From assembly GCA_001774075.1 (NCBI GenBank), contig MEYR01000005.1, positions 1 through 53,415 of the forward strand: DNA of 53,415 nucleotides, given 5' to 3'. This document shows, piece by piece, positions 25,801 to 34,611 of this stretch (position 1 is its first letter; each line of letters begins with the position of its first letter). Below the pieces are notes generated by a model that had not been told where the DNA came from, did not search any database, and worked only from the letters and a program-made list of their open reading frames with translations. Position numbers and translations under genes: made by a program. Source of the stretch: Candidatus Azambacteria bacterium RIFCSPLOWO2_01_FULL_44_84 (lineage in GTDB: Bacteria > Patescibacteriota > Minisyncoccia > UBA10092).

Positions 25801-28800
25801 ATGCATAAGACGATCTTGCGGGAGGCCGTGAAGAAAAACCTCGTGAGTCGTGCCGTAGTCTGATTCAATATCCGACCACCTGAAGTAATTTTCGGAAACT
25901 CCGAACTTAACCAATCCAAGCGCCGGCTCATTTGTGTTCCATGTAACGCGTGCCGTAGTAGCATCCACCTGAACAGCTCTTATATTACTTATAGACGGTG
26001 GCACGCCATCAATTGAAGAAACGCCGGGATCAATTGTTTCCTGATAGCCCTTGGTTGATTCAACGCGGATAAAATATTTAAGCGCTCTTAAATCCTCCCC
26101 ACTTATTTCCGGTCGGGGAACTGCCCCGCCCATGCCTTGCTGGATATAAGTCGTAAGCTGGCCATCTGACATCGCTGCCATATCGTCAAAATTACTTACA
26201 TTACCCAAAAGACTCCAACCAGTTGGACCGTGGAGATTGTAGAACGAGGGACGAGAATCAAACGGAAAACTCAATACCGTCCCATACCTATACATTTCCC
26301 TTCCTTTACGATAAAGAGTTTCTTTTGCTCCACTTGGAATAAGAGGCGGATCTCCGGGGAGTAGTTTCCGATATGAAAATACTCCGGTACTGCCAAAACC
26401 GGTTGTGATGAAACGCGCTTCTTCGTCATCAAGCGCTAATGCCCATGTGTAATGGCCGAACCGACCGGCGGCTGTGCCATCAATCTGAAATGATCCTCTT
26501 GCCATTCGCTTTGAACGCGAACCATCCTTTGAAACGCGGAAAAGCGTATCAGTGCTTTCAGTGAAGGTCAGCCAAATATCATCCTTCGGACCCATCAATC
26601 CTTTTGTATCCACTTCCAACCATACCCAATCGCCCGGACCACCGCTTCCTATAGTACTGAAATCTATGATACGTTCCACTTGTTGCGTCCGCAGATTAAT
26701 CCTGCGAACCCAGTTCGTCCAATATTCAACGACAATGAGGTTGCCGTCGGAATCAAATCTGATCACTTGAGGATAATTTATTGTTGCCGTATCAAAATCG
26801 CCGTTTTGAGTAAAATTCTGGCGATTATTCCACAACGTCTGTTTATCCGGCACCTTCTGGGCTTTCGAACCATGTCCGACTAATGTCGTCACCATCCCGT
26901 CAGGATTGATTTTTCTAATAGCGCTATTCGTTTCATCAGCAACATACATCGTGCCGTCAGATGACATAACCAAGCTAAATGGCGCATTGAAAAGCGCCTG
27001 CAGACGCGGGCCGTCAACAAGGCCTTTTTGATTAGGCACTCCAGCATATGTCGTCACGAAAGCCGGGTTTTGGCGAGTATCCACCTTTGCGATACGATCA
27101 CGCCGGGTGTCAGCGACATAAATGATTTTGGGATCGCGCGGATCAAAAACAAGATCAATGGGAAGATCAAAATCAATTCCGCCGGAAAAATTTCCGACCA
27201 GTTCTGTCTGATAAGCTTTGACAGCCGATTCAGCCACAGAATAATAAGGATCATAGGGAAGCGTATCCCGCCTCACGCGCCTGCCCGCGATAGTGGTAAC
27301 GGTGCCATTGGGATCGATGCGGAAAAGGCGTCCGTACAAATCTATTCCCATCCAGCCGGGCCCATCGGGGATCGGCACAAAAGTTGAATAGGGACTTACG
27401 TTATTATCATTTCTCGGGCCGTCGAAATTGGGATAGCGATTACCGCGATCTCCGACAATTTCAGATGTCTTATCATTTTGCTGGTAGAATCCGCTGATAC
27501 GCAGATGCCCGTCGTTAATCCGGACAAAAAGTGGATTAGATTGATGAAGATCTGGCTGGGACCCCGTAAGCGCCTCTAAATACCAATTGCGCATATCAAG
27601 CAATGACTGCCTCTCGGAATCGTTGGCCGCAGGTGGAGAAAACTTATAAGGAAAAGGGTGTAGCGCTGAAGTATGCGGGAAAAATCCAGGGTAGGTCACC
27701 CAATCTAGGGCGGAAGAAAGATACTTCTCCGGACTAAAAACTTTCCACCAATCAGATGCCACCGGAAGGCGCTGACTCCCTGAAACCGCGCCTGCAACAT
27801 TATCTACTACCACACTGACTGTAAGTGTTCTGTAACGTGCATCAAGTTGCGGCCCGTCAATCAAGCGTACTCCAAAAGCATACATTCCATCCGCCACCTT
27901 CGTACTATCCCATGAAAATGAAAATGGACTTGAAAGATACGGACTGATCGGCTGGCCGTCTAAAAGATATTGAATAATCAAACCGGGAATGGCAGCGGAA
28001 TTATTCGTGCCTTTACGGGTGGCGAGTGATAGAGGAACCGCTGACCCCCGAACCACTGATGCGACTGATGGACGCAGATGATACGTATTTAAATCCGCAA
28101 CAGAAGTAAGGGAAAATTGCGGCGCGGCTGGCGGAGGTAGGGGTTGCGAATCAAGTACATCCACAATAACTGATTTTTCTGCTGAACCTCTGGCATTAAC
28201 ACAACGCAAAGTAAAGCTGGTGTTATCAGAAAGCACACCGGTATTCTCGCTTCCTGAAAAAGCTCTTGATCCGGTCCAACCGCCAAGGGCATTGCAAGAA
28301 TCTGCGCCCGATACAAACCAAGATAGCATGGAGGTTCCCTTGCCATCTATCGCAACTGGATCAGCTGAAAGTGAAACAACGGGCAAGGATTGTGGAGGCG
28401 GAGGTGGAGGCGGAGGATTTTGTGCCGTGACAGCTGATCGATAAATCCACGTTTTCATTGACCCGCCGCACGAAGCAGCCGAAATTCCACAATACAAACG
28501 CTCGGTCCGCAAATATACAAATGCATTTGTTTTTTCGTCATACACAAACGTACTTCGTTCTCCTCCCCCATTGGAACTAGAAAGAGGGGCTGAAGGAGCG
28601 GTAGGAAGCTTTACCCATTGGTCAGTATCCATGTTCCATGTCCAGACAGCGGCTTCACGCCCTGACGCCGGAGTCACCAAGAAAACCATTCTTTTATTCC
28701 GTGAATCATAATCAAACTCGCGGCTGTCACTCGCTGAAAGTTCTGCGGGCACAGAGGTTACTTCAGTCCAATCTCCCGTTGGTATTTTGACGCGATAAAA

Positions 28801-30744
28801 CTTCGAAGTTCCTTGTCCGTCGCTTGCTACGGTCTTTACAAAAATTTCTCTCCGATCTTTATTGTAAGCTCCAAAAAGATAACTTCTGATAATTTCCGGG
28901 GGATTTTTCTGAGCTTCCAGCCGCCAGGTATTCGTCCCGGCATCAAATGAATGAAGTCCTCTCTGCCCTCTTGTTGCTTCCCCCACAAGCGCGAAAATTT
29001 TATCAGCCTGCGGATCGAAAATAACCAACCCCTTATTAAGATACCACCCAGGACTTGCCGTAAGCCCCGCGAGAGCACTCCATGTCTTTGTATTCAAACT
29101 AAATGCCCATGTGCCTGATGCCGGGACGCAAGTAAAACGATTACGCCCTGCGTCATAGGCGCAATTCTGATACATGTGCTGATGATAAGGCCTGTTTTGC
29201 GGTGTTATTGTCGTTGCAGCTCCGCCGGATCCAACAATGCCGCGCGCTTCAGCAGAGCCGGGCAAAGGACACTCCGGCACATATTCCTCCTGCCATTGAT
29301 TCGCTTCGATAGTATAGAGATCAACATCATTGCCAATATGACTGGCATGCCCGCCTCCGAAATAAAATATCCTCCCATTGCCGGCAGTTATACCAGTGAA
29401 TGTACGGGTAACCGGTTCGCCTTGAGTAATTTTTCTCAAACAGTTAAAACGACTCACGTCGTTGACCGCAATAACATCGTTGATAGCGTTGTCAGTAATG
29501 AATGGTTGATATACATCGCGCGTTTTCGGGTTAGCATACATCCATGAATTTGGCGCGAGATTGTTTAATTGATTTATAAATGCGGCATCCAACGGCGGAT
29601 CTGGCAGCGGGAAAGAAGGAGAAGGTGGGAGTACCACTCCTTGAGTTGTTGCGGAGGATGATAATGATTGATTAGAAACATTTCCCGCGGCATCATAGGC
29701 GGCCACGGTGTAAAAATAAGCAGTTGCGGGCGAGAGACCGGTATTTTGAAATGAAGTTGTATTGGAAGTAGCGATTTGAGTGCCGCTCCGGTAGATACGA
29801 TAGCCGGTTACAGCGACGTTATCCGTCGACGCAGTCCACGAAAGATTTATTTGGGAAGAAGAAAAAACACTCGCAGTAAGATTCTGGGGAATAGATGGGG
29901 CTTGCGTGTCCGTAGATGGTGACGGCGGAGCTCCTGCGGCATTAAAAATTTCTGTTATTTCCACTACAGACAACGCGCGGTTGTAAACGCGGACTTCGTC
30001 AATCGAACCGTCGAAATAATCACCAAAAAATTGACCTACCAAAAAAGGAGAGCTGTTTGCTATTGACACTGACAGAGTATTAGTAATCACGGTTTTCGGC
30101 TGAGACATGCCGTCAATATAAACCGACACTCCCGAAGCATTCGAAGAGCCATCATAAATTACCGAAATATAGTGCCAATCAGTATTATTCGGACGAGGAA
30201 ATTGCACTTCTAAACGCCTGGAGTTGATGTCGCGCATTATAAATGACCATGGATCATTGGCCGCATCAGCTTCAATGGCTAGTTTATAGCCCGGAAGACT
30301 ACCTCCTGTATTTTCTTTAGCGATTAAACCCTGATCATCGCCTGCGCCGAATGAAGTTACATTAAATTTATACCACGCGCTTAAAGTAAAGGGATTAGTG
30401 TTTTCAAATCGTAAAGCGCTCGCGTTGCCCATATTCACATAATCATCACTCCCATCAAAACTTAACGCGCCATTAATTTTCCCCTGAGTCCAAGCAGGCC
30501 CGTTAAGAAGCGTTCCGTTATTCGCATTCCCGCTTGAATCAGCCGCGACTGTCCCGCTTCCTTCGTCAAATTTCCAATAACCGACTAACCCCGATCCAGT
30601 GCCGGTTAACGCCGCTGGATATTTATTCGAAACTGGTTTATTTTTTGGAAAACCGTTTATCTGGCTAAAAATAAAAATACCGGCGCCTAGCGCTAAAAAA
30701 GCAGAAAGTAAGATAACTTTTCGAGTTATTACTCGTTGAAGCAT
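22858..30744 (-). CDS. giant secreted/surface multidomain protein (2628 aa): LamG-FN3-beta-propeller-Ig-NHL-Ig-G8/beta-helix-FN3-LamG
   Basis: N-terminal signal/TM anchor. LamG-like jellyroll at both ends (YWKFDEGSG ... DEVRVYNRAL). Two FN3 domains (SSSQINLSWTASTDNVAVTGYRIYR). Poly-Pro linker. NHL-type repeats (IYVADTRRDRIAKVD, MYVADETNSAIRKINPDG). Ig-like (ITINAQASDNIGVLGVQFKLDG). G8-like (WSNAGTWKSGKVPTGNDKVII) followed by parallel beta-helix repeats. Confidence 0.85.
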   Translation of the reverse strand: MLQRVITRKVILLSAFLALGAGIFIFSQINGFPKNKPVSNKYPAALTGTGSGLVGYWKFDEGSGTVAADSSGNANNGTLLNGPAWTQGKINGALSFDGSDDYVNMGNASALRFENTNPFTLSAWYKFNVTSFGAGDDQGLIAKENTGGSLPGYKLAIEADAANDPWSFIMRDINSRRLEVQFPRPNNTDWHYISVIYDGSSNASGVSVYIDGMSQPKTVITNTLSVSIANSSPFLVGQFFGDYFDGSIDEVRVYNRALSVVEITEIFNAAGAPPSPSTDTQAPSIPQNLTASVFSSSQINLSWTASTDNVAVTGYRIYRSGTQIATSNTTSFQNTGLSPATAYFYTVAAYDAAGNVSNQSLSSSATTQGVVLPPSPSFPLPDPPLDAAFINQLNNLAPNSWMYANPKTRDVYQPFITDNAINDVIAVNDVSRFNCLRKITQGEPVTRTFTGITAGNGRIFYFGGGHASHIGNDVDLYTIEANQWQEEYVPECPLPGSAEARGIVGSGGAATTITPQNRPYHQHMYQNCAYDAGRNRFTCVPASGTWAFSLNTKTWSALAGLTASPGWYLNKGLVIFDPQADKIFALVGEATRGQRGLHSFDAGTNTWRLEAQKNPPEIIRSYLFGAYNKDRREIFVKTVASDGQGTSKFYRVKIPTGDWTEVTSVPAELSASDSREFDYDSRNKRMVFLVTPASGREAAVWTWNMDTDQWVKLPTAPSAPLSSSNGGGERSTFVYDEKTNAFVYLRTERLYCGISAASCGGSMKTWIYRSAVTAQNPPPPPPPPQSLPVVSLSADPVAIDGKGTSMLSWFVSGADSCNALGGWTGSRAFSGSENTGVLSDNTSFTLRCVNARGSAEKSVIVDVLDSQPLPPPAAPQFSLTSVADLNTYHLRPSVASVVRGSAVPLSLATRKGTNNSAAIPGLIIQYLLDGQPISPYLSSPFSFSWDSTKVADGMYAFGVRLIDGPQLDARYRTLTVSVVVDNVAGAVSGSQRLPVASDWWKVFSPEKYLSSALDWVTYPGFFPHTSALHPFPYKFSPPAANDSERQSLLDMRNWYLEALTGSQPDLHQSNPLFVRINDGHLRISGFYQQNDKTSEIVGDRGNRYPNFDGPRNDNNVSPYSTFVPIPDGPGWMGIDLYGRLFRIDPNGTVTTIAGRRVRRDTLPYDPYYSVAESAVKAYQTELVGNFSGGIDFDLPIDLVFDPRDPKIIYVADTRRDRIAKVDTRQNPAFVTTYAGVPNQKGLVDGPRLQALFNAPFSLVMSSDGTMYVADETNSAIRKINPDGMVTTLVGHGSKAQKVPDKQTLWNNRQNFTQNGDFDTATINYPQVIRFDSDGNLIVVEYWTNWVRRINLRTQQVERIIDFSTIGSGGPGDWVWLEVDTKGLMGPKDDIWLTFTESTDTLFRVSKDGSRSKRMARGSFQIDGTAAGRFGHYTWALALDDEEARFITTGFGSTGVFSYRKLLPGDPPLIPSGAKETLYRKGREMYRYGTVLSFPFDSRPSFYNLHGPTGWSLLGNVSNFDDMAAMSDGQLTTYIQQGMGGAVPRPEISGEDLRALKYFIRVESTKGYQETIDPGVSSIDGVPPSISNIRAVQVDATTARVTWNTNEPALGLVKFGVSENYFRWSDIESDYGTTHEVFLHGLPQDRLMHFAVLAKDIAGNNTVSLDGTFTMGSGAVFQDTVLPQVSLIAPAQDASVSGAITINAQASDNIGVLGVQFKLDGVLLGAEDTFAPYSVSWDTSKTTNGSHLISAVARDTAGNQKTASVSVTVANAPPSVIIEAIRTGAWSNAGTWKSGKVPTGNDKVIITGSGIVVTYDLPFDTQIGAEARAIIVKDGATLRMSRVLSTRLDLDGSLSILQGGKLDVGTSVDPIPSALKTYIGFNVANDRSFKGGAAAPSDPTFPDYQVDDTGLWVVGTTARADFFGGAIPKTWTKLVSDAPAGNSALSLRDAPQGWKVGDKIVITPTGKNSDETEVRTITAISGTRVTVNLPLAFLHEGNLKAYNKTTQAIRTIASESLIIAGEVLLRAQGEVGLLTHNVTIASNLVREGDTNHRSHVMYVHGAKGSIQYAEFRDLGPRATMGRYPIHLHELGDAGNGFLINGVSVWSSISDPMNKCITIHTSNGVTISNVVGFNAQGACFYLEDAKEQGNTLDGNLGVSVYAPEEISNGRAPSAFGYDSTSAAIFWVREKNTYRNNVAAGGRAGVAGFWQTPNVLASNALTLFTTNESHSNGIGLDYSGGSALTMTLDGIFIWNNLIGAHAASSISAVTKNSIFWNNQQDISGPQPGTFVANTIITPVALPGDTTAPSTPANLIATVFSSSQINLSWTASTDNVAVTGYRIYRGGTQITTVPGTSYSNTGLTANTAYSYTVAAVDAAGNVSALSPARNVTTLASQPSITVLLAHWKFDEGSGITASDSSGNGNTGTLTNDPLWVTGKSGKALQFDKVDDAVNINAPTAFDNLPQLTISAWINPKSAGEESFGRILEKADGVTYPITRGWNLFMTGNNQLSFIADFASTNLDKRSSAAVLTLNQWQHVALTWDGSSSASGVHFYVNGTEVAYTTNQSGSGTRVPDDTEDLRVGNNESGTRTFDGAIDEVRVYNRALAQSEIQSLYTYSTGAIDFKDANANR

Positions 30745-30920
30745 ATTGCTTGTTGATATAGATTTATTATAACAAATCTAAAAGTAACAAACTAAATATT
30801 TAGCCTAAAATAATAGTATAAATAGTTTAAAAAATATTCTTATTCCTAAGATTGAGGCAACCTGTCAGATTTTTTGGCTTAAGAAAAACAAAAAACCACG
30901 ATATCAAAAGATGGTCTTTG

Positions 30921-30972
30921 TGGGCATTGCAGGTATCGAACCTGCGGCCTATCGCCGTCGGCGACCGCTCTA
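30921..30972 (-). pseudogene. tRNA-like 3' fragment (D-stem 3' strand to acceptor end) with a collapsed anticodon loop
   Basis: Minus strand TAGAGC-G-GTCGCC-GAC-GGCGAT-AGGCC-GCAGG-TTCGATA-CCTGC-AATGCCC-A lies 3 nt after tRNA-Val. No 5' acceptor strand is present. Confidence 0.5.
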
Positions 30973-30975
30973 TTG

Positions 30976-31047
30976 TGGGCGCACTAAGAATCGAACTTAG
31001 ACTCTTCGCAATGTGAATGCGACGTTTTGCCATTAAACTATGCGCCC
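30976..31047 (-). tRNA. tRNA-Val (anticodon CAC)
   Basis: Minus strand GGGCGCA-TA-GTTT-AATGGCA-AAAC-G-TCGCA-TTCACAT-TGCGA-AGAG-TCTAA-GTTCGATT-CTTAG-TGCGCCC-A. Confidence 0.88.
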
Positions 31048-31051
31048 ATTT

Positions 31052-31675
31052 TTAAATCCGTAATTTATTGATAAGTTTTTCGTGTTTGAACTCAAGAAGA
31101 TCGCGGACAAACCTGTCATACATCCCGAACCGATAATCGAATTCCTTGGTAGTCATAACCGCGTAATTAAGATCTTTGCCCACCTCGGCTTCCAGATTTC
31201 GGAAAAATCTGTTGAGTTTGGCCTGGTTAATATTGTCTCCTACTATCATCAGGTCCGCCCTTGAATTATCGGAATTCACAAAGATTCCGGATATCAAAAC
31301 AAGTTTAATCTTGCCCAGCCGTAATATGCGCCCGAGCATGCTTTTACGCGATACCGGCAGAGTTTTTGTCACCAAAGCCCGGAGCGGTTCGTAAAAACTA
31401 AAAGACTGATTGGCAGTAAAAACCCTTTTCCGCGCTAAGCCGCGGCTTTTGATAAAGCCGATATCAGAGAGGCGTTGTAATTCCCTATTTAAAATCCGGA
31501 GGTTAATTTGGAGCTTTCCTGAAATTTTTTTGGCGTCAAAGCTACGATCAAAACCATACAAAAAAAGCTTTAAAATCCGGGCTCTTACCGGAGAATCAAA
31601 CAGGGTATCTAAAGTCGGTTCTTTTGGTGTTTTTGGCATCGCAGGCATTTTAAAACAAAAAATCCGATTTTTCAA
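31052..31675 (-). CDS. winged-helix (ArsR-like) DNA-binding protein with a C-terminal alpha/beta domain
   Basis: FDSPVRARILKLFL...ISGKLQINLRILNRELQRLSDIGFIKSR. The true start may be one of the internal Met codons (MPAMPK). Confidence 0.6.
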   Translation of the reverse strand: MKNRIFCFKMPAMPKTPKEPTLDTLFDSPVRARILKLFLYGFDRSFDAKKISGKLQINLRILNRELQRLSDIGFIKSRGLARKRVFTANQSFSFYEPLRALVTKTLPVSRKSMLGRILRLGKIKLVLISGIFVNSDNSRADLMIVGDNINQAKLNRFFRNLEAEVGKDLNYAVMTTKEFDYRFGMYDRFVRDLLEFKHEKLINKLRI

Positions 31676-31709
31676 TCGGATTTTTTGTGCGATCAGAAAT
31701 CAGGACTTC

Positions 31710-32090
31710 TTACTTTAATTCTACAGCAGCGCCAGCAGTTTCTAATTTTGCTTTCAATTCATCCGCCTCGGCTTTATTGGCGCCCGCTTTTATAACCTGT
31801 GGCGCCGCGTCAACCAACTGTTTGGCTTCCTGCAGACCCTTTCCGGTAACTTCTCGGACTACTTTAATAACCGCGATTTTTTGTTCGCCGGCCTTTGTCA
31901 AAACAACGTCAAAAGCTGATTTCTCTTCCTCCGGAGCAGCTGCGACAGCTCCCCCCGCCATCGGCATTGCCATCATCGGAGCGGAAGCCGAAACGCCAAA
32001 CTTCTCTTCAAGTGCTTTTACCAGTTCTGAAAGCTCGAGCACGTTTAATTTTTCCACCTCTTCAATTATTTTATCAAATTTATTGGACAT
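31710..32090 (-). CDS. rplL: 50S ribosomal protein L7/L12
   Basis: [33 protein letters not shown] ... KEAKQLVD...[11 protein letters not shown]. The start is set at the Met 7 codons inside the track ORF. Confidence 0.93.
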   Translation of the reverse strand: MSNKFDKIIEEVEKLNVLELSELVKALEEKFGVSASAPMMAMPMAGGAVAAAPEEEKSAFDVVLTKAGEQKIAVIKVVREVTGKGLQEAKQLVDAAPQVIKAGANKAEADELKAKLETAGAAVELK

Positions 32091-32125
32091 AATTTTATCG
32101 ATTTTGTACATTTGTAACCCATTAT

Positions 32126-32650
32126 TTACGACCTTTTTTCCTTCAAATTATTTAACAGATTAACTAAATTACGCATATTCCCAGACAGAACATTTACCAA
32201 ACCCGACAAAGGCGCGGCAATTGTTCCGACTACTTGCGCCAAAAGCGCCTCGCGCGGCGGCAACTGTGCAAGCGCTATAATCTGCGACTTTTCCTTAAAT
32301 TCAATTCCCAGAAAACCGCCCAAAATCTTCAATGCTTCGTTAAGCCGTGAAAATTTGTAGACCGATTGGGCCGCAGAGACCGGATCATTATAACTAAAGA
32401 CCAACCCTACCTGTGTTTTAAATTTTTCCGGATCGAAATCTTTATAATTCGCTTCTTTTAAAGCTCGGCTGATGAGTGTCTTTTTGGCGACTTTGTACTC
32501 GGCATCGGCCTGTTTTAAGTTGCGGCGCAGTTCCATGGTTTTGGATACTGGCAGTTTTGTGTAATCAACCAAAATGGCAGCTTTGGCTTTTTTAAGCTTT
32601 TCAACCAAATCCTGCAATATATCTTGTTTTTGTTCTCTAGTTAACGGCAT
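32126..32650 (-). CDS. rplJ: 50S ribosomal protein L10
   Basis: Position upstream of rplL, 174 aa, L10-like sequence [19 protein letters not shown]. Confidence 0.9.
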   Translation of the reverse strand: MPLTREQKQDILQDLVEKLKKAKAAILVDYTKLPVSKTMELRRNLKQADAEYKVAKKTLISRALKEANYKDFDPEKFKTQVGLVFSYNDPVSAAQSVYKFSRLNEALKILGGFLGIEFKEKSQIIALAQLPPREALLAQVVGTIAAPLSGLVNVLSGNMRNLVNLLNNLKEKRS

Positions 32651-32660
32651 ATTTTTAAAT

Positions 32661-32683
32661 AAAAAAACGGACCAAGCGTCCGC
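32661..32683 (-). terminator. hairpin plus U-run immediately upstream of the rplJ start (candidate attenuator)
   Basis: Minus strand GCGGAC-gcttg-GTCCG-TTTTTTT lies 10 nt before the ATG. An upstream GTCCGC (plus 32760-32765) could pair with GCGGAC as an antiterminator. Confidence 0.45.
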
Positions 32684-32861
32684 ATAACAATAAACAGCTA
32701 AATTAAGCTATTTTTCCTTGGCGGGACTTACGCCATTTTCAGGCAGCTGCCCACTTTCTGCGGACTGTGTCCTCCGTAGCTTTAGCGCAGGAGGATTGTT
32801 TTGAGTATATTTTATATTAAAAAATTTGTCAAGAGTAAAAAATAAAGAGGCAAAAATGCCT

Positions 32862-33200
32862 CTACTTTAAAAGCCCCAGCCATTTCCAAAAACCGCCGGT
32901 CGCCAGCCAAACTAAAACCTTCCATGACAATACTGCAAAATTTACTGTCCAACAAATAAGTAGGATAAAGGGCCAAAAAAGACTGAATAAGCCATATAAG
33001 ATAAAATAATCCAACCAATTCTTGAGAGCGCCCTTTCCCGGTCTTCCTATGTAACCCATAAAATCAACTGTTTTATAAACAGAATTAGAAAGCGCCGTTT
33101 GGGAAGCCGTCGAGTCAAAAGAATACATGCAAAGGTAGCCGATATTCAGATAAACGACCGCTGCCGCAACCCATAAACAAACCTTCAGCCACTTCGGCAT
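32862..33200 (-). CDS. small membrane protein (112 aa)
   Basis: ORF with 3 hydrophobic helices and no motif. Confidence 0.5.
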   Translation of the reverse strand: MPKWLKVCLWVAAAVVYLNIGYLCMYSFDSTASQTALSNSVYKTVDFMGYIGRPGKGALKNWLDYFILYGLFSLFWPFILLICWTVNFAVLSWKVLVWLATGGFWKWLGLLK

Positions 33201-33264
33201 CTTTTTGCTCCCGTTTTCTTAAAGATCAAATTTATGAATAACATACAGTAGATGTATAAATATG

Positions 33265-34611
33265 TCAAGATGTCGATTTCAGTTCCCAAACCGCTTCTTT
33301 GAATTTTTTGCCCCTGTCCTTGGAATTTTGGAACATATCGAAGCTGGCGAAACCCGGAGAGAATAAAACCACGCCTCCTTCTTTTGACGCGATCGCCATC
33401 GCGTCTTTTATTATTTCTTTTATATTTTTTCCGCCACGGTAATAAACCGCCGACTTATGTTTTTTCAACTCCGGCCCCATTTTTTTGAAATGCCCGAAAA
33501 GTTCTTTTGAAGTCCGGCCGATAAGCATAATCGAAAGCGAATATGGCGACTTCAGCAGGTCTTTCGCGAATTCCTTAAGATCATAACCTTTATTAACTCC
33601 GCCGGTAATCAGGATGACGCTCCTGCTAAAAGCCCGCGCCGCGGCCAGAGTCGCGGCAGGCATTGTGGAGGCCGAATCATTATAAAAACGGATGCCGTTG
33701 ATTTCAGCTACGAATTCCAGATGATGTTCCAGGCCGGAGAAACTCTCGACGGCCTTATAAATGGTTTTAGCCGGAATTCCTAATATTTTCGCGACAGCAC
33801 ATGAGACGGCGATGTTTTCCTGATTGTGGACGCCGATCAAATGACGGCTCTTATGCAGATTGTCATCAATTTCAAAATATACCCGCCGAGCCCCGGACTT
33901 TTTCAGCAGATTATCCGGGTGGCGGCTATTTTTATTGACCACAAGCCAGCCGTCTTTTTTCTGATTCAAAAATATATTGGCCTTGGCGCCGTAATATTCC
34001 TTCAAGCTTTTGTGATAAATCGGATTTAACGGATCGGCCGGCGACAAGTGATCGGGGAAAAGATTGGTAACCACGGCGATATGAGGGCTACCCCTGAAAT
34101 CTAAAAGCTGGAAACTGGAAAGTTCTAAAATCACAAAGTGATCCGCCTTAATTTTCCCAATAAAGTCAAAAGGAGCAACACCGATGTTGCCGGCAAGCCA
34201 GACATTTTTCCCGGCTTTTTTCAAAATATGAAAAATAAGCGAGGAAGTCGTGCCCTTCCCTTTGGTGCCCGTCACGGCGATTATTTTTGCCGGACACAGA
34301 TCAAAAAACAATGCCATAGGCGACGTAAACACGGCGCTTTTTTTAAACTTTGTTTTCCCCGCGTCCATGAAGCCCGGGGTTCTGAATATGACATCAAAGT
34401 CCGCGATCCCTTGGAGATGATTATTACCGCCGCGGAAATCGACTCCCAGTTTCTCAATTTTTTCAAACCGCTCACCAAGCTCCGCCGCCGATCGCCTATC
34501 GAAAACCGTCGCTTTAATCCCCTTCTTAGCCAAATATTCGGCCAGTGAAAGATTTTCCAGACCCAGGCCCAAAAAGCAAATTCTTTTGTTTTTAAAATCT
34601 TTAAGATTCAT
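33265..34611 (-). CDS. murD: UDP-N-acetylmuramoylalanine--D-glutamate ligase
   Basis: N-terminal Rossmann FLGLGLENLSLAEYLAKKG and the Mur ligase P-loop VTGTKGKGTT. Confidence 0.85.
   Translation of the reverse strand: MNLKDFKNKRICFLGLGLENLSLAEYLAKKGIKATVFDRRSAAELGERFEKIEKLGVDFRGGNNHLQGIADFDVIFRTPGFMDAGKTKFKKSAVFTSPMALFFDLCPAKIIAVTGTKGKGTTSSLIFHILKKAGKNVWLAGNIGVAPFDFIGKIKADHFVILELSSFQLLDFRGSPHIAVVTNLFPDHLSPADPLNPIYHKSLKEYYGAKANIFLNQKKDGWLVVNKNSRHPDNLLKKSGARRVYFEIDDNLHKSRHLIGVHNQENIAVSCAVAKILGIPAKTIYKAVESFSGLEHHLEFVAEINGIRFYNDSASTMPAATLAAARAFSRSVILITGGVNKGYDLKEFAKDLLKSPYSLSIMLIGRTSKELFGHFKKMGPELKKHKSAVYYRGGKNIKEIIKDAMAIASKEGGVVLFSPGFASFDMFQNSKDRGKKFKEAVWELKSTS

Noticed and set aside
22858-30744. 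Diversity-generating retroelement or recombination cassette involving the duplicated FN3-LamG modules
   Set aside because: The two modules are similar at protein level but clearly diverged at DNA level. There is no adenine-specific mismatch pattern, template repeat or reverse transcriptase nearby.
31687-32163. 158-aa Ala/Ser-rich plus-strand ORF
   Set aside because: It is the exact antisense of rplL, a typical shadow ORF.
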